Origin: Octopus sinensis
Lineage: Eukaryota
DNA: 20,801 nucleotides
Direction: 5' to 3'
Assembly: GCF_006345805.1 (NCBI RefSeq)
Contig: NW_021823921.1
Location: 1 to 20,801 of the forward strand
Shown one piece after another: positions 19,700 through 20,801 of this stretch. The notes beneath the pieces were generated by a model. That model worked only from the letters and a program-made list of their open reading frames with translations. It did not search any database and was not told the DNA's origin. Made by a program: the position numbers and the translations under genes. Position 1 is the stretch's first letter. Every line of letters begins with the position of its first letter.

Positions 19700-20431
19700 G
19701 TAGTTGCCGCTCTTCTTTCGTTGCTTTTGTAGTTGTTATTGTCGTTAGAGCTTTTAGCGTTGTTTTTGTTGTTGCTGCTGTTGTTGCTTCCGGTTTTGTT
19801 CGTTATTCCTCATATCACTCTCTTTCTTCTTGTTGCTAATCCCCTTCACCTTGTTGTTGTTGTTGTTATTGTATTTCATCCTCCTTGCTCTTTTTATGGT
19901 TAATTTTGATCTCATATTTGTTGTTCTTGCTCTTGCTGTTGTCATTCTTGTTTCATTTGCTCTTGTTGTTTATTCTGGATTTCATGTTTGCAGTTTTTTT
20001 TTTATTTCAACTCTTTCTAATGTTGTTGTTGTTGTTGTTGTTGTTTTTATTGTTAATCTGGATCTCTTATATCTTGTTTTTATTGTTGTTTATTTTCTCT
20101 TTGTTGCTCTCTTTGTGTGCAGTGTTTGTTGTTGTTGTTGTTGCGCTGAATTTTTGTCTCACAGCAATCGCTGACACACAGTACTGTTGCGGTTATTTTG
20201 ATGTTCTTAATATTAATGCTGTTGTTGTTGTTGTTGCTGTTTTGACTATACACCTGTTATTAACGACACAGTCGCCATTTTTATTGCTGACGTTGTTGTT
20301 GTTGTCGTGGTTCTTCTTGTGTTGCTTTTTTTTTTCTTTGCTACCACTCAACGAAAAGCCGACGTTGCTGATGTTGCTGCTGTTGCGATCACTGTTGCCA
20401 TCGCTGTTGCTGCTGCTGCTGCTGCTGCTGT

Positions 20432-20481
<50 letters not shown>

Positions 20482-20801
20482 ATGATGATGATGATTATGA
20501 TGATGATGATGATGAGATGATGATGATGATGATGATGATGATGGGATGATGATGATGATGATGATGATGATGAGTGATGATGATTATGATGATGATGATG
20601 ATTATGATGATGATGATTATGATGATGATGAGATGATGATGATGATGTGATGATGATGATGATGATGATGATTATGATGATGATGGTGATGATGATGATG
20701 ATGATGATGATATTTGAAGAGGATGGTGACGACGCCGACGGTGTGCTACTGCTGGTGGAAGTGACGGCGATGAACATGACAGTGGTGGTGGTGGTGGTGG
20801 T
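19700..20801. repeat. Low-complexity (GTT/GCT)n grading into a long (GAT)n tract (about 20430-20712)
   Basis: Read directly. Confidence 0.93.

Overview
AT-rich, microsatellite-dense eukaryotic non-coding DNA, most likely intronic or intergenic sequence from an octopus (coleoid cephalopod). The organism is inferred from the repeat families and the simple-repeat density, not from a database search. No protein-coding gene can be identified with confidence, and nearly all ORFs in the track are translations of simple repeats. The window contains at least three tRNA-derived SINE groups (labelled A, B and C here), several of them nested or rearranged. It also has two inverted copies of a ~415-bp MITE with 8-bp TSDs (Merlin-like), one hAT-like MITE, a probable LINE 3' end, several minisatellites and a few unique islands that could be exons. 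The most notable feature is a near-canonical type I hammerhead ribozyme on the minus strand (13869-13951). It has a palindromic helix III and sits at the tip of a ~140-nt hairpin, as in Penelope-like element or retrozyme hammerheads.
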